DNA of 61,892 bases, counting the filler, from Nemertoderma westbladi (Eukaryota > Animalia > Xenacoelomorpha): NCBI GenBank assembly GCA_032718475.1. It is 3 parts of 3 records of this genome, joined end to end, with 100 filler letters (N's around TTAATTAATTAA, not from the genome) between each part and the next. Parts side by side here need not be neighbours in the genome. Positions count along the whole stretch, not along the records: positions 26,698 to 53,863 come from JAUCBJ010001130.1; 2 more parts are not named here. One strand, 5' to 3'. Shown here piece after piece: positions 39,757 through 51,028 of the stretch. The notes beneath the pieces were generated by a model that was not told the DNA's origin, made no database searches, and saw only the letters and a list, made by a program, of their open reading frames with translations. The position numbers were made by a program, and so were the translations under genes. Within the stretch, counting starts at the first letter, position 1, and each line of letters starts with the position of its first letter.

Positions 39757-42120
39757 ACGAATCTAAGTCTAGCCAATGCTAGCTACTCTAATTTAACGAT
39801 TCGAAGTCTAACCAATGCTAGCTACTCTAATTTAGCGATTCGAAGTCTAACCAATGCTAGCTACTCTAATTTAACGATTCGAAGTCTAACCAATGCTAGC
39901 TACTCTAATCTAATGAATCGAAGTCTACCCAATGCTAGCTACTCTAATTTAACGATTCGAAGTCTAACCAATGCCAGCTACTCTAATTTAATGATTCTAA
40001 ATATAACCAATGCTAGCTACTCTAATTTAACGATTCGAACTCTAACCAATGCTAGCTACTCTAATCTAACGAATCGAACTCTAGCCAATGCTAGCTACTC
40101 TAATCTAACGAATCGAAGTCTAGCCAATGCTAGCTACTCTAATCTAACGAATCTAAGTCTAGCCAATGCTAGCTACTCTAATTTAACGATTCGAAGTCTA
40201 ACCAATGCTAGCTACTCTAATTTAGCGATTCGAAGTCTAACCAATGCTAGCTACTCTAATTTAACGATTCGAAGTCTAACCAATGCTAGCTACTCTAATC
40301 TAATGAATCGAAGTCTAACCAATGCTAGCTACTCTAATTTAACGATTCGAAGTCTAACCAATGCCAGCTACTCTAATCTAACGAATCGAACTCTAACCAA
40401 TGCTAGCTACTCTAATTTAATGATTCTAAATATAACCAATGCTAGCTACTCTAATTTAACGAATCGAAGTCTAACCAATGCTAGCTACTCTAATTTAACG
40501 AATCGAAGTCTAACCAATGCTAGCTACTCTAATTTAACGATTCGAAGTCTAACCAATGCTAGCTACTCTAATTTAACGAATCGAAGTCTAACCAATGCTA
40601 GCTACTCTAATTTAACGAATCGAAGTCTAAACAATGCTAGCTACTCTAATCTGACGAATCGAACTCTAACCAATGCTAGCTACTCTAATTTAACGAATCG
40701 AAGTCTAACCAATGATAGCTACTCTAATTTAACGAATCGAAGTCTAACCAATGCTAGCTACTCTAATTTAACGATTCGAAGTCTACCCAATGCTAGCTAC
40801 TCTAATCTAACGAATCGATCTCTAACCAATGCTAGCTACTCTAATTTAACGAATCGAAGTCTAACCAATGCTAGCTACTCTAATTTAACGATGCGAAGTC
40901 TAACCAATGCTAGCTACTCTAATTTAACGATGCGAAGTCTAACCAATGCTAGCTACTCTAATTTAACGAATCGAAGTCTAACCAATGCTAGCTACTCTAA
41001 TTTAACGAATCGAAGTCTAACCAATGATAGCTACTCTAATTTAACGATTCGAACTCTAACCAATGCTAGCTACTCTAATTTAACGAATCGAAGTCTAACC
41101 AATGCTAGCTACTCTAATTTAACGAATCGAAGTCGAACCAATGCTAGCTACTCTAATCTAACGAATCGAAGTCTAACCAATGCTAGCTACTCTAATCTAA
41201 CGAATCGAAGTCTAACCAATGCTAGCTACTCTAATCTAACGAATCGAAGTCTAACCAATGCTAGCTACTCTAATTTAACGATGCGAAGTCTAACCAAAGC
41301 TAGCTACTCTAATTTAACGAATCTAAGTCTAACCAATGCTAGCTACTCTAATTTAACGATTCGAAGTCTACCCAATGCTAGCTACTCTAATTTAACGATT
41401 CGAAGTCTAACCAATGCTAGCTACTCAAATTTAACGAATCGAAGTCGAACCAATGCTAGCTACTCTAATCTAACGAATCGAAGTCTAACCAATGCTAGCT
41501 ACTCTAATCTAACGAATCGAAGTCTAACCAATGCTAGCTACTCTAATCTAACGAATCGAAGTCTAACCAATGCTAGCTACTCTAATTGAACGATTCGAAG
41601 TCTACCCAATGCTAGCTACTCTAATTTAACGATGCGAAGTCTAACCAATGCTAGCTACTCTAATCTAACAAATCGAAGTTTAACCAATGCTAGCTACTCT
41701 AATCTAACGAATCGAAGTCTAACCAATGCTAGCTACTCTAATCTAACAAATCGAAGTCTAACCAATGCTAGCTACTCTAATTGAACGATTCGAAGTCTAC
41801 CCAATGCTAGCTACTCTAATTTAACGATGCGAAGTCTAACCAATGCTAGCTACTCTAATCTAACAAATCGAAGTTTAACCAATGCTAGCTACTCTAATCT
41901 AACAAATCGAAGTTTAACCAATGCTAGCTACTCTACCCAATGTTAGCTACTCTAATTTAACGAATCGAAGTATAACCAATGCTAGCTACTCTAATTTAAC
42001 GATTCGAAGTCTACCCAATGCTAGCTACTCTAATTTAACGAATCGTAGTCTAACCAATAATGCTAGCTACTCTAATTTAACGATTCGAAGTCTACCCAAT
42101 GCTAGCTACTCTAATTTAAC
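39757..42120. repeat. 39-bp satellite (CTAACCAATGCTAGCTACTCTAATTTAACGAATCGAAGT), ~60 copies
   Basis: Highly homogeneous tandem array ending 20 bp before BEL element 2. Confidence 0.97.
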
Positions 42121-43441
42121 ACATAATTTCCAGTCTTATTTGTGACGGGATCCAAGGAGGATCCCGGTTTATCCGCGGTTATTGTAAGTACGCGTCCCCG
42201 CCGTTTGTATGTGAAAAGAGTTTGAGAGTTCTGATGTTATTGATTCTCCGATATGTATAATGTAAACGTTAGGATGGATATAGTATAAAATGGATAGATG
42301 GCAATTGAAGTACTACAGTATGTACAGATAATGGTGGTAGGCGAGGACGGTCTTAGAAGTCTCCGCTCTACCCTAGCTAACCGACTAACACAAATGAGAT
42401 AACTGAATAACTGATTACTGATACCTAATAATATATATTGCACGGTTTGGCCGTTGTTACAGTACCTAGCCGGTGCCTTCCCCCCATTGGCTAATATCCC
42501 TGTTGGCGCCCTTTGGAGTGTTTCCCCTCACTCCTGCTATTCTCTCTCTGCCAGGGGTGTGGCCCCTGACCCCTATTGTGTGTTTCTCCTTCCCACTTTG
42601 TTGGGGTGGCACGAGTTGTTGAGTAATCAACCTCGTGGCCCCCAATATTGCTTAACGGCTTACTTTGTGGGGTGTTAGCGGAATTGAATAAGCTAACACT
42701 CCCCCCCATGCTATCTTCCTGGTGAGAAGATAGCATCCTCCTCAAGTGCGCTACAATTCCGCTGGATCCCGATCTAGTATCGGGTGTGGGGTGGAATTAT
42801 TTTCTCTCGGAGCCGGCTTTCCAGGCCGCTCCCTATGGGTATGATAATGCTACCCGGTTCGCCTGGCGTCCCATGTCGGGCCGATCGTGCGCTCCTCTCA
42901 CACGACTTTTGTTTCCCCAACACTTTCGCCACTTTAACTCCACTCTGTTCTCACCCTGACTCTCCTCTACTTCTCCTCTCTTTCGCTCTAACTCTCGGAC
43001 TTCCCTGTCCCTCACTCAGCCTCCTATCCTCCCCCCCCCCCCACACTTGAATTGCATCCGCACTCTCTCCGCACTCCGCACTATTACTCCGTCTCTCGAC
43101 CCCTCTTTGGCTAAGCTACTCATCTCTGACGAGTCCCATCCCCCTCTCCTGTGCCGTCGCACTCAGGAAATGTGAAGTCGTCTAGTGCCTCGTTCGTCAT
43201 AGTCAGTCCTCCCCGGTCCAGTAGCTAATTGGGTAAAGGTTGAATGACTATAGTACTTACTTCGAATGTATATTCTCGTAGATTACTGATTGTTACGTAC
43301 GTACATACAAATTGCACTTATTTGATTACTTAGATTATTTGAATTTGTACTTAATAGTTCGCACGTCTCTCGTTATTTGAATTTGTACTTAATAGTTCGA
43401 ACGTCTCTCGTGGCGTCTTCCAGGCGTACCACATCGAAGTC

Positions 43442-46006
43442 TCAGTTTATCCCTCCTGACTTTGGGAACCACCTCAAGTCTTTCCCTTTGCCGTCCTCCT
43501 CCCTGGGTCGTTTCCTGGTCACTACCGCTCCTCTGGGATCCGCTTTCTGTCTTCGGACTCTCGCCGCCACCTCCTTACTGATCCCGGTCGTTGGCTCCTT
43601 GGGTGCCGGTGTTATCAGCTCCCGATATCGCTTCGCGGGTGGCCCCTCCGAGTGGCCCTGTTGTCTCCCCCTGGTGGCGTCCCATAAGATCGTCTTCATT
43701 GCCCGCGGCACATGCTCCGCCAAGAAATCCCTAAACTCCCCTCGGTTCTGTGGCGTCCACCTGTCCAAATACCTTTGTGTATTCATCACCCCGGCATACG
43801 ACGCCGCCGTTGCTACCTCTTGATAGGTAAACGGTAACCTCCGCTTTATGATTTCCAAGTGAGCCTCCTGATTGATAAGGAAGAAACCCCACTTGAACTC
43901 CTGGGCCTTCATGCGTTGCCGCGTCATGGCCCCGACGTCGGCCCACTCCTCGAAGATTTTGAACTTCTCTTCATCGTCCATCCAGTCGCACTGGCGTCCG
44001 TAGTGTCCCCGAAAGTTACACTTCGAACATCGGTTATGCAACCGTGGACACGCCCCCATCCTGTGGCTTGACTCGCGGCAGTAGAGACAACTAGTCCCTT
44101 TCTGGAATCGGTACAAACAGCTCCTTTCCTGGTGGGTCTGTCTCCCACAGTAGTCACAGCCGAGCACCAATGTCTCCCGCCCCAAGTCGTCTTTCGTCCC
44201 AAGCGATCTCCGCGGTCTGTGGAGTCGCTGGTAGGCGAACTTCTGGACGTTAGTGTCCATGTCTACGTCGATCTCCTCGCCCCTCTCGGGCATCGTCTCC
44301 CCAAATACTACCCGTGGTGCCGTCCCCGGTTGCTCGCCCAACCTGATAGTGCTCCCCGCGAAATCCATCGCCGGTTCCTCGTGCACCCAGGCCCGCTTGC
44401 CGGGTCTATCCCAGAAGGCCCTCGCCCCACTGGCCATCACCACCCTCCCGCCAACCCAGTCCGTGTCCGAGTGGCCTATCCTCCCGATGGGTGGCATCTC
44501 TCCGAACTCGTCGTCGTCTTCGTCCTCCTCTGGCAGTGGCTCCAACCCCGGTATCCCGGTGGATCCACTATGTCCCTTCCCACCTTGGCTCTCGCCCGTA
44601 GCTCTCAATCCCTCTAGCTCCCCTAATTTCCTTAGCGGTTGGTCGCCCTCGGCACCCGCTGGTATGGGCATCGCTTGCAACCCCGACGGCGACTGTTTCC
44701 GCGATCCCACTGTCCATCCCAGTTCTCGCCCTAGAGACTCCCCCGAACTCCCTGATGAAGCCCAACGAAGTTCGTCTAAGCCCGCCTGTTCCTCGAAGCC
44801 GTAACTCTGCGTCCTGGCCTCCTCCTCCCTCTCCTCTGCTTCTATCCTCTCCCGTCTAGCGACTTCTTCCAGTCGCTTCGCCTCTCGTCTATCCGTCTCT
44901 AGCTCCTCCCATCTCTGATACGGCGTATCTATCTCCCCGTCTACCAGATATCGGCTGTTGTAGTACACCGATTCGCCCTTCAGCCCCGGGTGGTCTACCA
45001 GACCGTCGAAAGCCGTCTTAAAGGCTCTTCTGTAGCTTAGGGGTGATCCCGATAACAGAAATACCGCTGGTTCCCTCTCGATAACCACGGTCATGAATAA
45101 GTTAAGCAAACTTATCATTATCCAATCTTCCTGCAGGATATATCGCTTCTGATATACCTTTATCGCTCCTCTTCGGAATTGATACAACTCTTGCTTTCCC
45201 GGCCTCGCTCCCCACTTTAGCGAGTTCGCTAGTTCTGCTCCGTATTCCTCCCTGAACTTCCCCCAGTCCATCGGTTTGTGACATACGAGCCCCAATAGCT
45301 GGCCCATTGCCACCGCTCCGCATTGGCCTGTGTTCCCGACTAGTCCCAACCCGTCTGGTGCTGTCATAGCCATGAAGACCTTCTGCATATCCAGGAGGTT
45401 GGTGGCGTCCAGACCGATGATTCTCTCCGCGTCCTCGCGAATTGCCGATCCCACTTTCGTCGTCGACTTCTCCCTCACTAGGACCTGCACCGCCCTCGGC
45501 AGCCGGTCCAACTTCGGCCCATCCTTCTTCCCATACGTTCCCAGGTCAAATAGGAAAATGTCCCCATTTGGCGCAGCCAAATGTAGGAGTATGGTCCTGG
45601 CCGATCCTCGCGATCCTCTCCTTGAACCCTCCTCGTCTTCCACGTTCCCCTCATCGTCTAGGATCATGTATCCTCCCCTGTTGACGGACTCTATGAACCT
45701 CTTCCAATCTTTCCTCGGTGACTCTCTCGCATACTTCGGAATCCCGAACTTCGCCTCGTCTCCTTTCACCACGTAGTGGAAATGCTCGAAGATCGCGTTG
45801 TCCAGCGACGGCGTCCCATAGGTCCCGACCAGCCGCTGTTCATGCATCTCCCAGAAGTGGTCCTGTAGCGCTCGTGCTGCGTGACCCTTTCCTAACTGGT
45901 CGTAGTATCCCCTCGTCCTCTCTTCCGGATGCCTCTTGGTGAAATCCACCAGTATCTCCCTTCCTCCTGACTCCGCCTTTCTCTTCCTGATCAGTTTCCC
46001 CGCCAT
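43442..46006 (-). CDS. Extra ORF: DEDDy-type 3'-5' exonuclease-like domain + three CCHC zinc knuckles (854 aa from first ATG)
   Basis: ExoI-like YMILDDEG, LLHLAAPNGDIFLFDL, KVGSAIREDAERI (ExoII-like), LLDMQ and QKRYILQED (ExoIII-like). Three exact C-x2-C-x4-H-x4-C motifs and basic NLS-like patches. Confidence 0.7.
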   Translation of the reverse strand: MAGKLIRKRKAESGGREILVDFTKRHPEERTRGYYDQLGKGHAARALQDHFWEMHEQRLVGTYGTPSLDNAIFEHFHYVVKGDEAKFGIPKYARESPRKDWKRFIESVNRGGYMILDDEGNVEDEEGSRRGSRGSARTILLHLAAPNGDIFLFDLGTYGKKDGPKLDRLPRAVQVLVREKSTTKVGSAIREDAERIIGLDATNLLDMQKVFMAMTAPDGLGLVGNTGQCGAVAMGQLLGLVCHKPMDWGKFREEYGAELANSLKWGARPGKQELYQFRRGAIKVYQKRYILQEDWIMISLLNLFMTVVIEREPAVFLLSGSPLSYRRAFKTAFDGLVDHPGLKGESVYYNSRYLVDGEIDTPYQRWEELETDRREAKRLEEVARRERIEAEEREEEARTQSYGFEEQAGLDELRWASSGSSGESLGRELGWTVGSRKQSPSGLQAMPIPAGAEGDQPLRKLGELEGLRATGESQGGKGHSGSTGIPGLEPLPEEDEDDDEFGEMPPIGRIGHSDTDWVGGRVVMASGARAFWDRPGKRAWVHEEPAMDFAGSTIRLGEQPGTAPRVVFGETMPERGEEIDVDMDTNVQKFAYQRLHRPRRSLGTKDDLGRETLVLGCDYCGRQTHQERSCLYRFQKGTSCLYCRESSHRMGACPRLHNRCSKCNFRGHYGRQCDWMDDEEKFKIFEEWADVGAMTRQRMKAQEFKWGFFLINQEAHLEIIKRRLPFTYQEVATAASYAGVMNTQRYLDRWTPQNRGEFRDFLAEHVPRAMKTILWDATRGRQQGHSEGPPAKRYRELITPAPKEPTTGISKEVAARVRRQKADPRGAVVTRKRPREEDGKGKDLRWFPKSGGIN

Positions 46007-46494
46007 TTCGAACTCTCCCGATCGCTCACCTATAAGGTGGTGCCTTACCAAGGCGCAGTATAAGTGAGTGATGTAGCTAGGATGGTCTGTACAGTCCGAT
46101 AATGGCCTATCTCTCTCTGAATTTCTGGGTTATTGCCTATTTTACACTGCTTTATTTCTGTAGCTACCAAATTGTACCTAAATTACGAATTTGTCAGTTA
46201 CTTTTATTGTATTCCAGAATTTCTTTCCTACTGTTACCATAATTTGTTAATTTTTTCTTTCAGCCCTATTCTTATTTTATTTTAACTTAATTTTAATTCT
46301 ACTACTTACTATTTATGGATTATTCTATTTCATAATCCACATTCTGACCTACTCTATGGGCCTGTGCAGTACAGCAGTATGCGTCGCGTGGCCTATACGA
46401 TTTATCCAGCTGTACTCATATGCCCCCCTCTCGCTACTTTCTGCTAACTAATATCCATATTATACATATCCCTTCTACCCCTATCTCTTACTAA

Positions 46495-47135
46495 CCTCTA
46501 ACTCTTCTAACTAACTAACGGTACTACGTACCCTCTAACTCTTACTAACTGATGGTACTACGTACCCTCTCACTCTTACTTCCTCTAACTAACGGTACTA
46601 CATACCCTCTAACTCTTACTAACTGACGGTACTACGTACCCTCTTACTCTTACTCTCTCTAACTAACGGTACTACGTACCCTCTAACTCTTACTAACTGA
46701 CGGTACTACGTACCCTCTTACTAACTTCTAACTCCACTTAACTAACTGACGGTACTGCGTACCCTCTTACTACTCTAACTCTACTTAACTAACTGACGGT
46801 ACTATGTACCCTCTTACTAACTTCTAACTCCACTTAACTAACTGACGGTACTACGTACCCTCTTACTAACTTCTAACTCCACTTAACTAACTGACGGTAC
46901 TACGTACCCTCTTACTAACTTCTAACTCCACTTAACTAACTGACGGTACTACGTACCCTCTTACTACTCTAACTCTACTTAACTAACTGGCGGTACTACG
47001 TACCCTCTTACTAACTTCTAACTCCACTTAACTAACTGACGGTACTACGTACCCTCTTACTACTCTAACTCTACTTAACTAACTGGCGGTACTACGTACC
47101 CTCTTACTAATCTCTATCTAACTCAACTAACTAAC
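46495..47135. repeat. Tandem array (units up to ~48-49 bp) between integrase and the extra ORF, each unit with GGTAC-TAC-GTACC
   Basis: About 14 copies of actaactgacggtactacgtaccctcttac with variable linkers. Confidence 0.92.
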
Positions 47136-47276
47136 ATCTATTTGCCTACTTACTGCGTACCTATTATTTATATTTATTATTTTTTTATTTTATTTTTTGT
47201 GTGGGAAGGGCGTCTCGCCCTCAATCCCACCCCCCTCAGTCCAAAATTTGGACGACTAAACACCTCTCTCTCTATT

Positions 47277-50200
47277 CTAAGGTGCCCCTTCTAATAGACA
47301 GCATTTCCCTACAGCCCTCCTGTAGGCTTTTCTGTCTTTCGCACCTATCCTGCCACCTATCCGCACTTCTACGGATCGGACTCTTCCGTCCTCATCGGAG
47401 TAAGTGCCTACAACTCTCGCCAACCGCCACTGGTTGTTGATGATAGTATCATCCATGACAATCACGAGATCTCCCTCTCTTAACTCCCTGTTCGTCTTCC
47501 TCCACTTGCTTCTTTTGTGAAGCGTGGGTAGGTATTCCTCAACCCACCTCCTCCAATACTCTGTGCTTATCGCCTTAGCGACTCTCCAACTCTGGCGGGA
47601 GTGTATTTCATCTGGGTCTACACCCCGCATATCGATAGTCGCTGGCCTTTCCATTAAGAAATGGCTCGGCGTCAGCACGTCTAGTGACTCAGGGTCATCA
47701 TTCTCTGGATATAGCGGTCTGCTATTAATGATACCCTCACACTTCGCAAGTACTGTCCTTAGCACATCCTCCGTAACCATATGGGTGTTCATCAGCTTCG
47801 TCATCAGACGCTTCGAACTACCCACTAGTCGCTCGATGCATCCTAGGGTATGCGGTGCATACGGCGTCCTCCTCTCCCACTTTACTTGTCGTCGTCTCAT
47901 GGCTGCCCTGACTTCCTCCCCTTCCAAGATGTCCAAGGCCTCTGCCATCTCGTTCTCTGCACCCACAAAGTTGGTTCCGCTGTCGGAGTACATTACTGCG
48001 ATCGTCCCACCCTTGCGGTCTCTGAACCTCTCTAAGGCATTAATGAATGCCGATGCGGTTGCGTCCTGGGCGAGTTCTTTCCCTACCGCCCGCGTGTTAT
48101 TACATATGAAGATAATACCATAGCGTTTCTCCGTGTGCCGCATCACTTTGATCTTTATCGACCCGAACATGTCCACACCGCAATGCGTAAATGGCGGGTC
48201 GTGCTATCTTACCCTACTCGCCGGCAGTGGTGCCATCTCCTGTATGGCTCGCTCCTTCTTCACTCGTCAGCAGGTCTGGCACTGCCCCACTACCGCTTTT
48301 ACCTTCTTCCTCAACTGCTTGACCCAAAAGGTCCTCCGTATCTCCGTAAGGGTTCGGTTGGTGCCCCCGTGCAATATCGACTTGTGGGAGTCCCAGATAA
48401 TCTGGTGGAATATTGGCGATCCTGTGGGGATGATGATGGGCTTCGGTGGTACGACGATGCTGTTGTTGTAGCCCACCCTAGAGTTCATTACTAGAATCCC
48501 ATCATCATTAAGTTGTGGTAACAGCGTGATCAACTCGCTGTCCCGTCGAAGATGCTGTTGCTTACCGACGCGTTCCACCTCGTCGCCATAGTTCTTCCGT
48601 TGTTCATAGCGGATGATTGCTTTGGCCGCTCCTTCCAGATCTATGGTTGTCCTGATCTTCTTGCCTTTGCCAACTCCCGCGAGGAAATTCCCGAAGGCTC
48701 TCCAGTACGCCACTAATTTCTTGGTCTTGTACCAACTAGAGCTGTAGCTGAGGAGTTTATCCGTCGGGTTATCGCACAGTTCTCCTGGTTTTGGTTGCAC
48801 GTCCCTTATCTCCCTCACCATCTGGGAGTATATCTCTTCTCCCTCTGAATCTCCCTCTTCTCCTTCTAACACTACTTCTCCTGAGCCCGGGTCCACCTTT
48901 CTCATCGGCGGCCAGGCCTCCCTATCGCTCAGAAACTGTGGCCCGTGTTGCCACAATACTTCCTTCTTCAAGAAAGTGTGGCGTACCACGCCCCTCGATA
49001 ACAAGTCCGCTGGGTTCTCGTCCGTTGGGCAGTAGTGCCACCTTTCCAGTTCTGTGGTCGCCCTTATTTCGTCCACCCTATTCGCGACGAATATAGGGTA
49101 TCTCGTCCTTTCGTTATGTAGCCAACCAAGCACTACCATGGAATCCGTCCAGTAGTGTGTCTCCACTATGTTGGGAATAGTATCCACTAGGTAGGCTGTA
49201 GCCCTAACTCCTAGTCTCGCAGCTGTCAATTCTAGTTCGGGAACTGATGCTGAATCTGGCGGCGTTGACTTCGCTTTGCTGAAGGCCAGTCTGGGCTTGT
49301 GAGCCCCCTCTCGTTGTACTAAATAGAGTGCCGCTCCGTATGCCTCCAACGACGCATCGGAGAACATGTGTAAGTCCAGATTCGTCATGTTCCCGTCCGG
49401 GAAATACACTCTTGGCATGCTGTATGTTCCCATCTGCTCCAGGCTCTCTGTCCACTTATGCCACTGCTTTCTGATTTCTTCCGGGACCTCTGCGTCCCAC
49501 TCGTCCTTTAACTTGTATACTTTCTTGAGTACCTGTTTCCCCGTGACTAGTAGTGGGGATGCTAGGCCTAGGGGATCGTATATCCTTGCTATGTACGACA
49601 CATAGCCCCTCTTTGTGTGGATATCTGCGCCCTCCTGACTCAACTGGTATTTCAGTTCATCCGTCTCTCTGTCCCACACGATTCCCAGTGCCTTCTGTTG
49701 AGACTCTATTCTCTTGTTCGCCATGTCCTGCCCCTTGGCTGTTGTGGGATTATCCATGGTCGATCCTGGTCTCTCATCTTTTATCGCCTCGATAAATTCC
49801 TTCGAACTGGATTGGAATTTGGTCAGGTTGAAGCCGGATCCTTTAAGGATGTCGCGAACCTCGCGCCCTGTGTCCAGTAGCTCCTCAACCGTATTTCCAG
49901 ACTCCATCCCGTCGTCTACGTAGAAGCCGCGTCGAATCATATCGACGGCTCTAGTGCTGTACTTATCTTCCTTTCCCTTTACTGTGTCTCTTACGGCCAT
50001 AGTCGTCGTGAAAGAAGACGACTTGGCTCCCATATTCTGTACTATCATCTTGTACATCGGTATTGTCGACGGTTCCACGTCGCCGTCGTACCACAGGAAG
50101 CGTTGACTGTCGCTATCCTCTTCCGTCACACGGACTTGGTTGAACATGCCTTCTATGTCACAGGTGAAGGCGTGTTTTCCATTCCTGAACCTGAGTAGGA

Positions 50201-51028
50201 CCTCTATCACTGAGTTGTATATGTTGAGACCCTCTAGCAGATAGTCATTTAGGCATTTTCCATTGGTCTTTGCCGATGCGTCCACTACCATCCGCAGTTT
50301 ACCTTTCTTCGGATCTAAAGCCACGTGGAGTGGCAGGTAATATGTCCTGTCCGTGTTTGGTTCGTCGACCGGTAACTCCACGGCCCATCCCTTCTCGACG
50401 TACTTTCTGATCGTTTTATGAATGTACTCATTCTTTTCGGGGCTCCGTTTTAACGTCTGTTTCAACTTACGAAGCCTCGTGAGTACCATCGCTTTATTAT
50501 CGGGCAATGGTAGCTTTGGTAGCTTCCATACCATTCCTATGGTATATCGCCCCTCATTGCATCTCATAGATTCCTCTACGCTCTACTGAGCCTGTTTGTC
50601 TTCCACCGAAGTTCCGACCCCGGTTTCCTTTAGTCCCTCAAAATCTTGCCTGAGATTGCAAATCTTTTGAGCTGTTCCTCCGCTCTCTCATCCCCTATTT
50701 CTTGCATAGTTCCTGCGAACATGCATCCTGATGTCTCCGACATCCTAAATGGTATCTTACTCTTAATTGGGCCGCTCAGCGTCCACCCGAACGGCGTCAA
50801 TATCACCACCGGATCACACTGCTTGTCTTCGCCGAAGACCGTTTGCATTCTTTCGTGGGCCGTCGGGCAGTCCATTCCCACTATGATGGATACCTTCCTG
50901 ACGTCCACCTCTGGGATTGAGAAGTCGATATCGTCCAGGAATTTATATTGCTCGACCTCGATGTTGGTTGGTCGCCTGGCATTGATATTTATTGACTCTA
51001 TCACTTGGATGGGGTCGCAATTGCGCAC
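47277..51028 (-). pseudogene. pol: BEL/Pao pol: RT, RNase H and integrase, with nonsense codons and frameshift
   Basis: RMVVDASA, DIEGMFNQV, FYVDD; YDPLG, LHMFSDASLEAYG, PELEL, YWTDS, NPADLLSRG; H..LHGG..CQTC; SDSGTNFVGA, INSRPL, LTPSHFL, WRRWVEEYLPTL. Stops at 50583, 48267 and 48204; frameshift near 50650. Confidence 0.93.

Noticed and set aside
43442-46051. Extra ORF as env or as the gag of a nested element
   Set aside because: No signal peptide or C-terminal TM anchor, no capsid-like motif, no following pol, and the N-terminal motifs fit a nuclease better.
46495-47135. CRISPR-like array (palindromic repeat plus linkers)
   Set aside because: Linkers are near-identical variants rather than unique spacers, there are no cas genes, and the context is eukaryotic.
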